Part shown: piece by piece, positions 1 through 8,322 of the stretch
Layout: each line of letters opens with the position of its first letter
How positions within the stretch are numbered: position 1 is the first letter of the stretch
Source of the DNA: Sinorhizobium meliloti
GTDB taxonomy: Bacteria > Pseudomonadota > Alphaproteobacteria > Rhizobiales > Rhizobiaceae
DNA length: 32,000 bases
NCBI RefSeq assembly: GCF_017876815.1
Contig: NZ_JAGIOS010000002.1
Span: forward strand, 1,140,001 to 1,172,000
Direction: 5' to 3'
Position numbers and translations under genes: made by a program
The notes under the pieces: model-generated
Told to the model about the DNA's origin: nothing
Database searches by the model: none
Seen by the model: only the letters and a program-made list of their open reading frames with translations

Positions 1-1
1 C

Positions 2-1273
2 GAGACCTTCAGCGTTGCCGACTTGCTCCGTGACGTAGCAGCGACAGTCGCGCCGTTGATGGCCCGGAACGGAAACGAGTTCACGCAGGATTTCGAGGCC
101 GATCTCGGCGAGATGCATTCCGACCAGACCAAGCTGCGCCAGAACCTTTTCAACTTGCTCAGCAATGCGGCCAAGTTCACGAATGGCGGGCGGGTGACCC
201 TGAGGGTCCGGCGGGAGCAAAGAGCGGACCGCGACTGGCTTGTGTTCCAGGTCACCGACACCGGCATAGGCATGTCACCGGAGCAGCAGGAACGGCTTTT
301 CAATGCCTTCACCCAGGCCGATGCCTCCACCACCCGAAACTACGGCGGCACGGGCCTGGGCTTAAGCATCACGCGCAGCTTCTGCCGCATGATAGGCGGC
401 GTCGTCACCGTCGAAAGCGAAGTCGGCAAGGGTTCCGTGTTCACCATGGAGGTGCCGGCACAGTGCGAGAGAGAGGCCGACGGATCGCCGGCCGAACCCG
501 TGCCGCAAGTTGGGTCGGGCCGCACCGCACTCATCATCGACGATGAGCCGGCTGCCCGCGGCCTTATCGCAAAGGCGCTCGCAGAAGCGGGCCTCGCTTC
601 GATCGAGGCGTCGAACGGACAGGAAGGATTGGCTGCCGCACGCAAGCACCGGCCAGACGCGATCATTCTCGACATCATCATGCCGCATCAGGACGGCTGG
701 TCGGTCCTGCGCGCCCTGAAGAACGATCCCGAATTATGCACGATCCCGGTGATCTTGGCGACGATCCTGGCGGATCGCGAACTGGGTCTTTCGCTCGGCG
801 CGGTCGAGTATCTGACGAAGCCGATCGATACCGATAAGCTGGTCCGGACGATCGAGACATTCGGGGGCGGCAAGCACGACGTTCTCGTCGTCGACGACGA
901 CCAGGCCTCCCGCGAGTTTCTCCGGCGCATTTTGGTCAAGAGAAAGTGGACAGTACACGAAGCGGGCGACGGCATCCGAGGACTGGAAATGATGAAGCGG
1001 ATTCTGCCGCGTCTCGTCCTGCTCGACCTTCTGATGCCGGAAATGGATGGATTCCAGACGCTCAGCGAAATGCAGAGGATTCCGGAGCTGCAGAACATTC
1101 CGGTGGTGGTGGTCACGTCGAAGGACCTCTCCGCAAGCGAGCTGAAATGGTTGCGCGACCGGGCGGTCGCTGTCGTGAACAAGGGCGCAAACAGCCGCTC
1201 CCAGCTGGTCGCGGCACTCGAACGTCAGATCGGATCGGGCGCTTCGGTCGGCAAAGCCCTCGCGGACGGCTGA
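2..1273 (+). CDS. Hybrid sensor histidine kinase, C-terminal part (HATPase_c + two receiver domains); 5' partial
   Basis: The frame is open to the window edge (ETFSVADLL...). ATPase N/G boxes: [25 protein letters not shown]. Two REC domains follow: IIDDE...IILDIIMP...YLTKP and VVDDD...VLLDLLMP...VVTSK. Stop TGA at 1271-1273. Confidence 0.9.
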   Translation, partial: ETFSVADLLRDVAATVAPLMARNGNEFTQDFEADLGEMHSDQTKLRQNLFNLLSNAAKFTNGGRVTLRVRREQRADRDWLVFQVTDTGIGMSPEQQERLFNAFTQADASTTRNYGGTGLGLSITRSFCRMIGGVVTVESEVGKGSVFTMEVPAQCEREADGSPAEPVPQVGSGRTALIIDDEPAARGLIAKALAEAGLASIEASNGQEGLAAARKHRPDAIILDIIMPHQDGWSVLRALKNDPELCTIPVILATILADRELGLSLGAVEYLTKPIDTDKLVRTIETFGGGKHDVLVVDDDQASREFLRRILVKRKWTVHEAGDGIRGLEMMKRILPRLVLLDLLMPEMDGFQTLSEMQRIPELQNIPVVVVTSKDLSASELKWLRDRAVAVVNKGANSRSQLVAALERQIGSGASVGKALADG

Positions 1274-1297
1274 ACATAGGCAGGAGGAGAGCCGCAA

Positions 1298-1663
1298 ATG
1301 ACGAAAATCCTTCTGGTGGAAGACAATGAAATGAACCGCGACATGCTTTCGCGGCGGCTGTCCCGCCGGGGCTTCGACGTGCTGATTGCTGAAAACGGAA
1401 AGGCCGGCGTCGAACTTGCCGAATCGCAAAAGCCGGACCTGATCCTCATGGATATGAGCCTGCCGGTGATGGACGGCTGGGAAGCGACACGACGGATCAA
1501 GGCCAATCCGCTGACATCCGCAATACCGGTCATCGCCCTGACGGCGCATGCAATGGCAAGCGACCGGGAGATGGCGCTTGAAGCCGGCTGCGACGATTAC
1601 GACAGCAAGCCGGTCGACTTGCCCCAGCTCGTTCGCAAGATCGAGCAGCTGCTCGCGATATAG
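1298..1663 (+). CDS. Single-domain (CheY-like) response regulator
   Basis: AGGAGGAG Shine-Dalgarno lies just upstream of the ATG. The 121-aa product has LLVEDNEMN...LILMDMSLPVMDG...ALTAHA...DYDSKP and no output domain. It starts 24 nt after the upstream kinase. Confidence 0.92.
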   Translation: MTKILLVEDNEMNRDMLSRRLSRRGFDVLIAENGKAGVELAESQKPDLILMDMSLPVMDGWEATRRIKANPLTSAIPVIALTAHAMASDREMALEAGCDDYDSKPVDLPQLVRKIEQLLAI

Positions 1664-1671
1664 GTGGGAAG

Positions 1672-3234
1672 ATGACCGCCGGCAACGACTTCCAGCACCA
1701 GGCGATCGCCGCTCACGTGGCCCAGAGATTGGCCGGTCCGGCGCGGGCAATCCTGGGTTTCCAGGAACTGCTGGTCGAGCAGGCGCGGGATCTCGGTTTG
1801 ATCCATATAAAGGGCGATCTCGACCGGATCGGTGCTGCAGCACGGCAACTGAACGGCTTTATCGATCGCCTTCTCGAGGGCGCGGCCTGCCCTCTGGAGG
1901 AAGGAGAAGCGGAGGCTGAGGCAAGACTCCGCCACGACCTGCGCACGCCGCTCAACGCCATCATAGGCTATTCCGAAATGATCCTCGAAGAGGCAAGCGA
2001 TGCGCCGGAGCATGCGCTAAAGGAAGACCTCCATGTGATACTGTCGGCGGCGGCAGAGCTCCTGACGCAGGTCGACGCCATCGCCAGTCTTTCGCGCGGG
2101 GAAACGGTCGAGATGCTTCAACCGGGGGAACGCGCCGAAATCGACGCGGCGGGGCTCGAGCGACTTCTGTTCAAGGCGCAAGAGGTTGCATGCCCGGAAC
2201 AAGGGGGCAGGATCCTCGTCGTCGACGACGTGGCCAGCAATCGTGATCTTCTGTCGCGGCGGCTGCGACGCGAAGGTCACCGCGTGGTCACCGCCGAATC
2301 CGGACTGTCTGCGCTAGCCAGATTGGCCGAGGACGAGTTCGACCTCATCCTGCTGGACATTCTGATGCCGGACATGAACGGCATCGAGATGCTGTCGCGA
2401 TTGAAGTCCGAGGAGCGATGGCAGCACGTCCCGGTCATCATGATATCGGGCTTGAGTGATGTCACGGCGGTAGCCCGCTGCATCGAGGCCGGCGCCGACG
2501 ACTATCTGACGAAGCCTTTCAATCCGATACTTCTGCGCGCACGGATCAACTCGACGCTCGAGAAGAAGCGCTGGCTTGACCGGGAGCACCGCTACCTCCA
2601 GCAGATAAAAACGGAAAAGCTGCGGGCGGATTCCCTCATTCGCGCGATCCTGCCCGACCAGATCGTTGCACGGTTGCAGGATGGCGAAGAGATCATCGCC
2701 GACCGCTTCGACGAGGTCTCCATCCTCTTTGCGGATATCGTCGGCTTTTCGCCCATTGCAGCAAGGTTGACTGCATCCGATCTGGTCAGGCGCCTGGACA
2801 GAATGTTTAGGAGGTTCGATCTGCTGACCGAGCAGCACCGTGTCGAGAAGATCAAGACCATAGGAGACGCCTATATGGCCGCCTGCGGGATCCCGGAGCC
2901 TGCGCCGGATCATGCCGACAGGATCGTGGCTCTCGGAAAGTCCATGCTTCGATCCTTGCAGGACATGGAAGCCGGGCCTGACCGTTTTCGGGTTCGGATC
3001 GGAATCCATACGGGGCCCGTCGTAGCCGGGCTGATCGGGCGACTCCGGTTCGTCTACGACGTGTGGGGAGAAACGGTGAACATAGCGAGCAGGCTCGAAT
3101 CCCAGGGGGTCGCCGACGTAATACAGATATCCGAGGCAACCAGGCGCGCGCTGCGCGGTCCGTGGACGCTCGAGCGCCGTTGCGCCCTGGAGCTGCGAGG
3201 CATCGGCGCGGTGGAGACCTATCTTGTTCGATGA
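1672..3234 (+). CDS. H-box (HisKA-like) + receiver + class III adenylate cyclase fusion protein, no ATPase domain
   Basis: H-box RLRHDLRTPLNAIIGYSEMI with His88 at nt 1933-1935. REC domain: ILVVDDVASN...LILLDILMPDMNG...DYLTKP. Cyclase motifs: ILFADIVGFS, EKIKTIGDAYMAA, RIGIHTGPVVAGLIG, YDVWGETVNIASRLES. Only about 90 aa separate the H-box from the REC domain, too little for a HATPase domain. Confidence 0.9.
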   Translation: MTAGNDFQHQAIAAHVAQRLAGPARAILGFQELLVEQARDLGLIHIKGDLDRIGAAARQLNGFIDRLLEGAACPLEEGEAEAEARLRHDLRTPLNAIIGYSEMILEEASDAPEHALKEDLHVILSAAAELLTQVDAIASLSRGETVEMLQPGERAEIDAAGLERLLFKAQEVACPEQGGRILVVDDVASNRDLLSRRLRREGHRVVTAESGLSALARLAEDEFDLILLDILMPDMNGIEMLSRLKSEERWQHVPVIMISGLSDVTAVARCIEAGADDYLTKPFNPILLRARINSTLEKKRWLDREHRYLQQIKTEKLRADSLIRAILPDQIVARLQDGEEIIADRFDEVSILFADIVGFSPIAARLTASDLVRRLDRMFRRFDLLTEQHRVEKIKTIGDAYMAACGIPEPAPDHADRIVALGKSMLRSLQDMEAGPDRFRVRIGIHTGPVVAGLIGRLRFVYDVWGETVNIASRLESQGVADVIQISEATRRALRGPWTLERRCALELRGIGAVETYLVR

Positions 3235-3319
3235 CGTGCCCTTGCGTCGGATCTCCTGGCGTCCCGGCTCTTCGCCGCATGGGCAGCCTTTATTCCGCCC
3301 GTTTCTTCATTCTCTGTTA

Positions 3320-3333
3320 AGGAATACATTCCT
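3320..3333. promoter_or_regulatory. 6-2-6 palindrome AGGAATACATTCCT upstream of the membrane-protein gene
   Basis: Perfect inverted repeat seen directly, located 17 nt upstream of the ATG at 3351. Its function is unknown; it could be an operator or a small hairpin. Confidence 0.25.
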
Positions 3334-3350
3334 CTGAGGAGATGGTGCTC

Positions 3351-4646
3351 ATGGCCCTCGGCGCATCCCAACGTTTGCATGACGGCGTTGCGGCCGTGGA
3401 AACTATGACGCGCTTTGCACTTGCGGTGCTGGCGCTTGCCTCGGGCGTCTATACCTATCTCGGCGTTCGCAGCATTCTCGACGGCTCCCCGACCTCGGTC
3501 TTCTTCGCGGCGATCATCTACTCGGCCTCGGTTTCCGTCGGCATCTACGCCTTCTGGTCCTACATGGCGCGCTTCTATCCGCATGTGACAAACCATACGG
3601 GCCGAGCCGCCATGCTGGGCGTGATGGCTTTGGGGGCGGCCATGATCATCGCCATGTCGAGCTGGCTCAATGCGGCGGCGCTCGCAGGTTCGGCCGCGCT
3701 CGAACAGCATCTTGCGGAAACGGTGGAGGATTATACCGCCGACCTGGACCAGGCGCATCAGAACGCGCTTGCGGCCCAGAGCCTGCTGCCCGATATCCAG
3801 CGCGCATCCGAACGCTTCGCCCAGCTTGCCGCCTCGGAGCGGCAATCGGGAGCGCTCACCGGCACGACGGGATCCGGAAGCGTAGTGCAGCTTCTGTCGC
3901 AAATGTCGGCACAGATGAAGGATCTGGAGAATGGCATAAACGCCTCCCGCGAACAGGTGGCGATGCTTTTCAACCAGGGACAGAAGCGGCTCGAAACGAT
4001 GCGGACACTGGTCTCCGCGCCGGGTGCGGTCGCACCGCGTGCCGATCAGTTCTCCTCGGAAGTGGTGGCGCTTACGGGCGTCATAACGTCGCTCGGACAG
4101 ACTTCGATCGCGCCTTCGATCCGCCGCGCCGCAGACGACCTGTCGCTCGGCTTCATCGCACCCGTGGCCGACGGCGGCGATGCCGATCTCGTCAACCGCC
4201 AGGACCGGGTGATGGAGACTGTGCGAGCCTCGGTGGCAACGCAATCCAAGGTTCTCTCCGAAGCGGCTGACGAAATACTGGCGCGTGCGCCGGTGGCGGA
4301 GCGGCGTTTCGTTCCGCTTTCATCCGCTGAGGCGGTACTGCGCTATGCGACCGATTTCATTCCCGCCTGGGCGGGCGCCATTTCCATCGACCTGCTGCCG
4401 GGCGTACTGGTCTTCATTCTGGCAGCGGTTCACAGCGCAATCCGCAAGCAGGAGGAGAAGCTGCCCTTTGCCGAGCGCATCACGGCGGCCGAGCTTCTGC
4501 AGGCCTTGGAAGTGCAGCGCGCCGTGACGGCGAACGGCGGGCAACTCGGCGATATAGTCGCTCAGGCAGAAGCGGAGGAGCCGAACAACATCACCAGCCT
4601 CGACCCGAGGACGCGTGCAAAGGATCGGACGCATGAGGATCGATGA
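3351..4646 (+). CDS. Uncharacterised integral membrane protein (3 N-terminal TM helices, long helical Ala/Gln-rich middle, 1 C-terminal TM)
   Basis: Long ORF with high GC3. GAGGAG lies 9 nt upstream of ATG 3351; ATG 3342 sits directly against the SD, and ATG 3405 is also possible. Hydrophobic segments: FALAVLALASGVYTYLGV, VFFAAIIYSASVSVGIYAFWSY, AAMLGVMALGAAMIIAMSSW, ISIDLLPGVLVFILAAVHSAI. I recognise no family motif. Confidence 0.7.
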   Translation: MALGASQRLHDGVAAVETMTRFALAVLALASGVYTYLGVRSILDGSPTSVFFAAIIYSASVSVGIYAFWSYMARFYPHVTNHTGRAAMLGVMALGAAMIIAMSSWLNAAALAGSAALEQHLAETVEDYTADLDQAHQNALAAQSLLPDIQRASERFAQLAASERQSGALTGTTGSGSVVQLLSQMSAQMKDLENGINASREQVAMLFNQGQKRLETMRTLVSAPGAVAPRADQFSSEVVALTGVITSLGQTSIAPSIRRAADDLSLGFIAPVADGGDADLVNRQDRVMETVRASVATQSKVLSEAADEILARAPVAERRFVPLSSAEAVLRYATDFIPAWAGAISIDLLPGVLVFILAAVHSAIRKQEEKLPFAERITAAELLQALEVQRAVTANGGQLGDIVAQAEAEEPNNITSLDPRTRAKDRTHEDR

Positions 4647-5418
4647 AGCGTTCAAGGCGCTGGTCCGGATTGAGGACGGTGTGCTGATGCGCGGTGCCTT
4701 CTTCGCGATGCTGGCGGCCGCGGGTGTCTTCCTGCTGATCGACCTGCGCGAGATCTCGGCGATGAACGCCGGACTGCCCGGTTTCGATCCGATGCTCGAG
4801 GATCGGCCGGTCCTGCCTCCCGCAGTGACCGAGGCTGCGCCCGACGGCCCGCCAGTCCAACCCGGAAGCTCCGACGAAGTGCTGCGCCAGCCGATGAGGT
4901 TCGATCTCCGATCCGGCGGCGTACTGGTCGCCGAGGGCACGCTCGACCTCGGCGCCGGTTCGCGCTTCGCCGAGGAGATCGAGGCGCGCGGCGAATATGT
5001 AACGACCGTGGCTCTCAACTCGCCGGGTGGTTCGGTGGACGATGCGCTCGCGATGTCGAAACTGATCCGTGAGAAGAAGCTCAATACCAAAGTGGCATCC
5101 AAGGCGCTCTGCGCGTCTTCCTGCCCGATCGTTTTTGCCGGGGGCGTGGCGCGTGTGGCGGAAAGGGACGCGCTGATCGGCGTGCACCAGGTTTTCAGCG
5201 GCGGCGAGGAAAGGCCGACGCCGGCACAGGCCATGTCCTTCGCACAATCCACCACGGCCAGAGTCGCCCGCCATCTCGATTCGATGGGCGTCGGCCCCGG
5301 CCTCTGGATCAACGCTCTCGAAACACCGCCGGACCGGCTCTATTACCTGACTGAAAAGGAGATGGTTGATTTTCATCTGACCACGGAGCCGGTCGCTACA
5401 GCCAAGACGAAGGGCTAG
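4633..5418 (+). CDS. Membrane-anchored protein with a ClpP/SppA-like (COG3904-type) domain; function unknown
   Basis: AAGGA lies 8 nt upstream of ATG 4633. The gene overlaps the upstream gene by 14 nt. It has an N-terminal TM (GAFFAMLAAAGVFLLIDL) followed by LNSPGGSVDDALAMSKLIR...CASSCPIVFAGG, which resembles the ClpP/SppA fold family. A GTG at 4615 is an alternative start. Confidence 0.7.
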   Translation: MRIDEAFKALVRIEDGVLMRGAFFAMLAAAGVFLLIDLREISAMNAGLPGFDPMLEDRPVLPPAVTEAAPDGPPVQPGSSDEVLRQPMRFDLRSGGVLVAEGTLDLGAGSRFAEEIEARGEYVTTVALNSPGGSVDDALAMSKLIREKKLNTKVASKALCASSCPIVFAGGVARVAERDALIGVHQVFSGGEERPTPAQAMSFAQSTTARVARHLDSMGVGPGLWINALETPPDRLYYLTEKEMVDFHLTTEPVATAKTKG

Positions 5419-5505
5419 GCGCAGTGGCTTTCATGCGGAGATGCGTATATTTAAAGGCCTCTCAATTTTTCATTGAAACACTGACAGCCTCACGCCTCGT
5501 ACGTC

Positions 5506-6303
5506 TCAGTCACCCTCATCGGGTATATTGAGTAGATGACCGCACGCCTTGCAGTGGACGGCGTCGGTGTCGTGCCTCTGCAAGCCGCATTGAGGGCAGG
5601 GGAAACTGACCTTATAGGGCCTGACAACGGCCTGGGCGAGCCGTACGAACAGCGATATGCCGACGATCATCGTGATGACGGAGGTGAGCTTGCCGAGCGT
5701 GCCCGGCAGGGTGATGTCTCCGAAGCCCGTCGTGGTGATCGTAGCCACCGTGAAATAGAGTGCATCGACGAAACCTTCGCCGCCTTCCCGGTGATAGAAG
5801 AACGTCGTGTAAACAAAGCCCGTGACGACGAAGAGGAACACGAGAAAGTTCAGACAGGCACGGAAGACATCCTGCAGATGCGACCACCCCGCGCGGCGAA
5901 GACCTTCCAGCAGGAGCGGACTTTTGCCGATCGCCCAGATGCGCATCACCCTGAGGAATGCGAAGTTGAACAGCAGGTCGGGAAAGAGAAGCGTGCCGAG
6001 AATGACCACATCGATCCAGGTCATCGGCCGTCGAAGGAAACGCTCAATCGAAGGCGCGGCCAACGCTCTTGCGATGAGCTCGCAACCAATCCATGCAGCG
6101 ATGATGTAGTCGATTATCAGATAGGACGGACCCGATCTCAGATAGGGGCCGAGGATGAAAAAGGCAAGGATGCTAAGGTCAATGATGGCAAGCAGCGCCT
6201 GCCAGCGCAGCGCCCACGGATCCCGCCCGCGTTCCAATCTCTGAAGCGCCAGCCTTGTCGAATTTAACTTGGAATGCGCCCGCGGCTGGTCAGTCATATC
6301 CAT
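5506..6303 (-). CDS. 6-TM potassium channel family protein with C-terminal zinc-ribbon
   Basis: Pore helix and filter: FVDALYFTVATITTTGFGD. S4-like segment: FLRVMRIWAIGK. C-terminus: CPQCGLQRHDTDAVHCKACG (CxxC...CxxC). Confidence 0.85.
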   Translation of the reverse strand: MDMTDQPRAHSKLNSTRLALQRLERGRDPWALRWQALLAIIDLSILAFFILGPYLRSGPSYLIIDYIIAAWIGCELIARALAAPSIERFLRRPMTWIDVVILGTLLFPDLLFNFAFLRVMRIWAIGKSPLLLEGLRRAGWSHLQDVFRACLNFLVFLFVVTGFVYTTFFYHREGGEGFVDALYFTVATITTTGFGDITLPGTLGKLTSVITMIVGISLFVRLAQAVVRPYKVSFPCPQCGLQRHDTDAVHCKACGHLLNIPDEGD

Positions 6304-6310
6304 GGAGCTG

Positions 6311-6339
6311 AAATAGGGGACGCGGAATCCCGGGTCAAG
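6311..6339 (-). promoter_or_regulatory. Sigma70-type promoter candidate CTTGAC-N17-CTATTT for the K+ channel gene
   Basis: On the minus strand the sequence reads CTTGAC (6339-6334), a 17-nt spacer, then CTATTT (6316-6311). Only 7 nt (cagctcc, no SD) separate the -10 from the ATG at 6303. Confidence 0.35.
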
Positions 6340-6429
6340 GAGCCTTGGCTGTTCAGGAACGTGGCGAATTCAACGTTGCAGCCGCGGCTGTTGAGGCAGC
6401 AATCCCAAATTTCGGCGTCGGAGCGAGTG

Positions 6430-7230
6430 TCAGACGCCCGCAAGCTTCCTTAGGTCGGCGACTGCGCCGGGGGCGGCGGCAAGGACGATCGAGCCGCGGG
6501 TCAAACTCTCTCCCTCAGTGGGGAAGGGCAGGTACCAGCCGCCCGCTTCCTGGACGAGGCAGTAGCCGGCGAGGCAATCCCAGGCGTGCATGTAGGGTTC
6601 GTAATAGCCCACCAGACGGCCGGCGGCGACATAGGCAAGCATGAGTGCGCCGGAACCGTTGCGCATGAAGGTGCCGCCCGCCTCCAGCAGGTTCTCGACC
6701 ATCCTTCCGACGAAGGCCGGCTTGACATAGTTGTTGGCGCCAAGGCCGGTCACGTGATTGCGAATGGTGCGGGAGCCGTCGAGTGCGAGCGGCTTGCCGT
6801 TGAGACGTGCGCCGAGCCCGAGCGCGGCCGCATAGAGTTCCCCGTGGCATGGGGCGGCGATGACCCCCACAACCGGTATGCCGGCATGAACGAGGGCGAT
6901 GGAGACGCACCAGTTGGGCATGCCGTTGACGAATGGGCTCGTGCCGTCGATGGGATCAACCGCCCATGTGAAGCCTGAGCGGCCGGAAACGAGGCCATAC
7001 TCTTCGCCGAGCACGCCATCTTCCGGGTAGGCCTCCGCGATTCGATCGCGGATGAGATTTTCGACCTCGCGGTCGGCTATGGAAACCAAGTCCTGCGGAT
7101 CGCGCTTCGTTTCGATGATCAGCGTTTCGCGGCGAGCGAAAAAATCGAGCGCCATCGCGCCTGCCTCGCGCCCGATAGTTTCGGCCAATGCCAGGCGGGC
7201 TTCGAGCCCAGGGACGACGTGAGATGTCAT
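6430..7230 (-). CDS. Inositol monophosphatase family protein (SuhB/HisN/CysQ-like phosphatase)
   Basis: Motifs GEEYG, WAVDPIDGTSPFVNG and HAWDCLAG. AAGGA SD is present. The gene starts 30 nt downstream of the ABC ATPase stop on the same strand. Confidence 0.9.
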   Translation of the reverse strand: MTSHVVPGLEARLALAETIGREAGAMALDFFARRETLIIETKRDPQDLVSIADREVENLIRDRIAEAYPEDGVLGEEYGLVSGRSGFTWAVDPIDGTSPFVNGMPNWCVSIALVHAGIPVVGVIAAPCHGELYAAALGLGARLNGKPLALDGSRTIRNHVTGLGANNYVKPAFVGRMVENLLEAGGTFMRNGSGALMLAYVAAGRLVGYYEPYMHAWDCLAGYCLVQEAGGWYLPFPTEGESLTRGSIVLAAAPGAVADLRKLAGV

Positions 7231-7260
7231 TAGGGAATCCTTGGTTGCAAATTGCCGGGG

Positions 7261-8322
7261 CTAACCGTTGATGAGAGCAATGCCGCGCTCCTTGAAGGCG
7301 ATTGCCACATTCGTTTGGGGCGCAAGTGCCCGCTCCACCGCCGGGTCGACCACGAAGAGCGTCCCCGTTGCCGTCTTGACCTCGTACTCGACATGGTCGC
7401 CGAGATAGGCCGTATGGGTGATCTCGCCTGAAAAACTGCCGGCAGCGGACGGCTCCAGCGTGATCGCGTTCGGGCGCACCGCGAGCTTCGCCGGTCCCGG
7501 GCGCACGCCGCGACCGCTCACGCGATGCGTCAGCCGTTCCACGCGGATCGTGGCCTCCTGACCGTCGACGTTGATCACGTCGCAGGCAACGACATTGGCT
7601 TCGCCCATGAAGTCGGCGATGAAGGCGGAGGCCGGCGTTTCGTACAGTTCGCGCGGGGCGCCCTCCTGGGCTATGTTTCCGTCCTGCATCACGATGATGC
7701 GGTCGGAGACGGCCAGGGCTTCGTCCTGATCGTGCGTGACATAGACAGCGGTGAAACCGAGCCGCTGCTGCAATTCACGGATTTCGGTCCGGACGCGGCG
7801 CCTCAGCCTTGCATCGAGATTTGAAAGCGGCTCGTCGAGGAGAAGAACCTGGGGCTCCAGCACCAGTGCACGGGCGACCGCGACGCGCTGCTGTTGCCCG
7901 CCGGAGAGCTCGGCGGGCAGGCGCTGACCCATGCCGGGCAGGCCCACGAGGGCCAGTCCTTCCTCGGCTCTTTCGCGCGCTTCCTTGCGCCTCATACCTG
8001 ACGACTCCAGGCCGTAGGCCACGTTGTCGAGGGCGTTCATGTGCGGAAATAGGGCATAGGACTGGAAGACCATCGAGACGTCGCGCTCGTTCGCGGGCAG
8101 CATCGTCACGTCCTTGCCGCCGATCAGGATGCGGCCGGATGTCGGATGTTCGAGGCCGGCGAGCATCCGAAGCGTCGTCGTCTTGCCGCAGCCGGAGGGC
8201 CCGAGCAACGTGACGAGCGTGCCTGGCTCGATGGTCAGCGAAAGGTCGGGAATGGCGGTGAAGGCACCAAATTGCTTGCATATGTTCCGAAAGACGACGG
8301 AACCGGGAGCCACGACGGTCAT
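7261..8322 (-). CDS. ABC transporter ATP-binding protein (FbpC/AfuC/PotA-like, with C-terminal TOBE-type domain)
   Basis: Start MTVVAPGS at 8322, which overlaps the permease stop as ATGA. Walker A GPSGCGKTT, signature LSGGQQQRVA, Walker B LLLDEPLS. The 1037-aa ORF in the supplied track is an upstream read-through artefact. Confidence 0.92.
   Translation of the reverse strand: MTVVAPGSVVFRNICKQFGAFTAIPDLSLTIEPGTLVTLLGPSGCGKTTTLRMLAGLEHPTSGRILIGGKDVTMLPANERDVSMVFQSYALFPHMNALDNVAYGLESSGMRRKEARERAEEGLALVGLPGMGQRLPAELSGGQQQRVAVARALVLEPQVLLLDEPLSNLDARLRRRVRTEIRELQQRLGFTAVYVTHDQDEALAVSDRIIVMQDGNIAQEGAPRELYETPASAFIADFMGEANVVACDVINVDGQEATIRVERLTHRVSGRGVRPGPAKLAVRPNAITLEPSAAGSFSGEITHTAYLGDHVEYEVKTATGTLFVVDPAVERALAPQTNVAIAFKERGIALING

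Noticed and set aside
3315-3330. A possible CRP/Clr-type cAMP-receptor site (TGTT-N8-CATT) upstream of the envelope-protein pair.
   Set aside because: Only one half-site fits a TGT...ACA-type palindrome. The real symmetry here is the unrelated AGGAATACATTCCT repeat.
1672-5418. A cyclase followed by a multi-TM protein, as a Pycsar/CBASS-like antiphage signalling pair.
   Set aside because: The cyclase is a receiver-regulated class III enzyme with adenylate-type specificity residues, embedded in a phosphorelay. The downstream membrane protein shows no cyclic-nucleotide-binding, TIR, SAVED or nuclease motif. There are no mobile or defence-island neighbours, and composition matches the flanks.
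5419-5505. An AT-rich convergent spacer with TCAAT-ttttc-ATTGA, as a bidirectional terminator.
   Set aside because: The 5-bp all-weak stem is too unstable to call. I left the 3' ends of both flanking genes unannotated.
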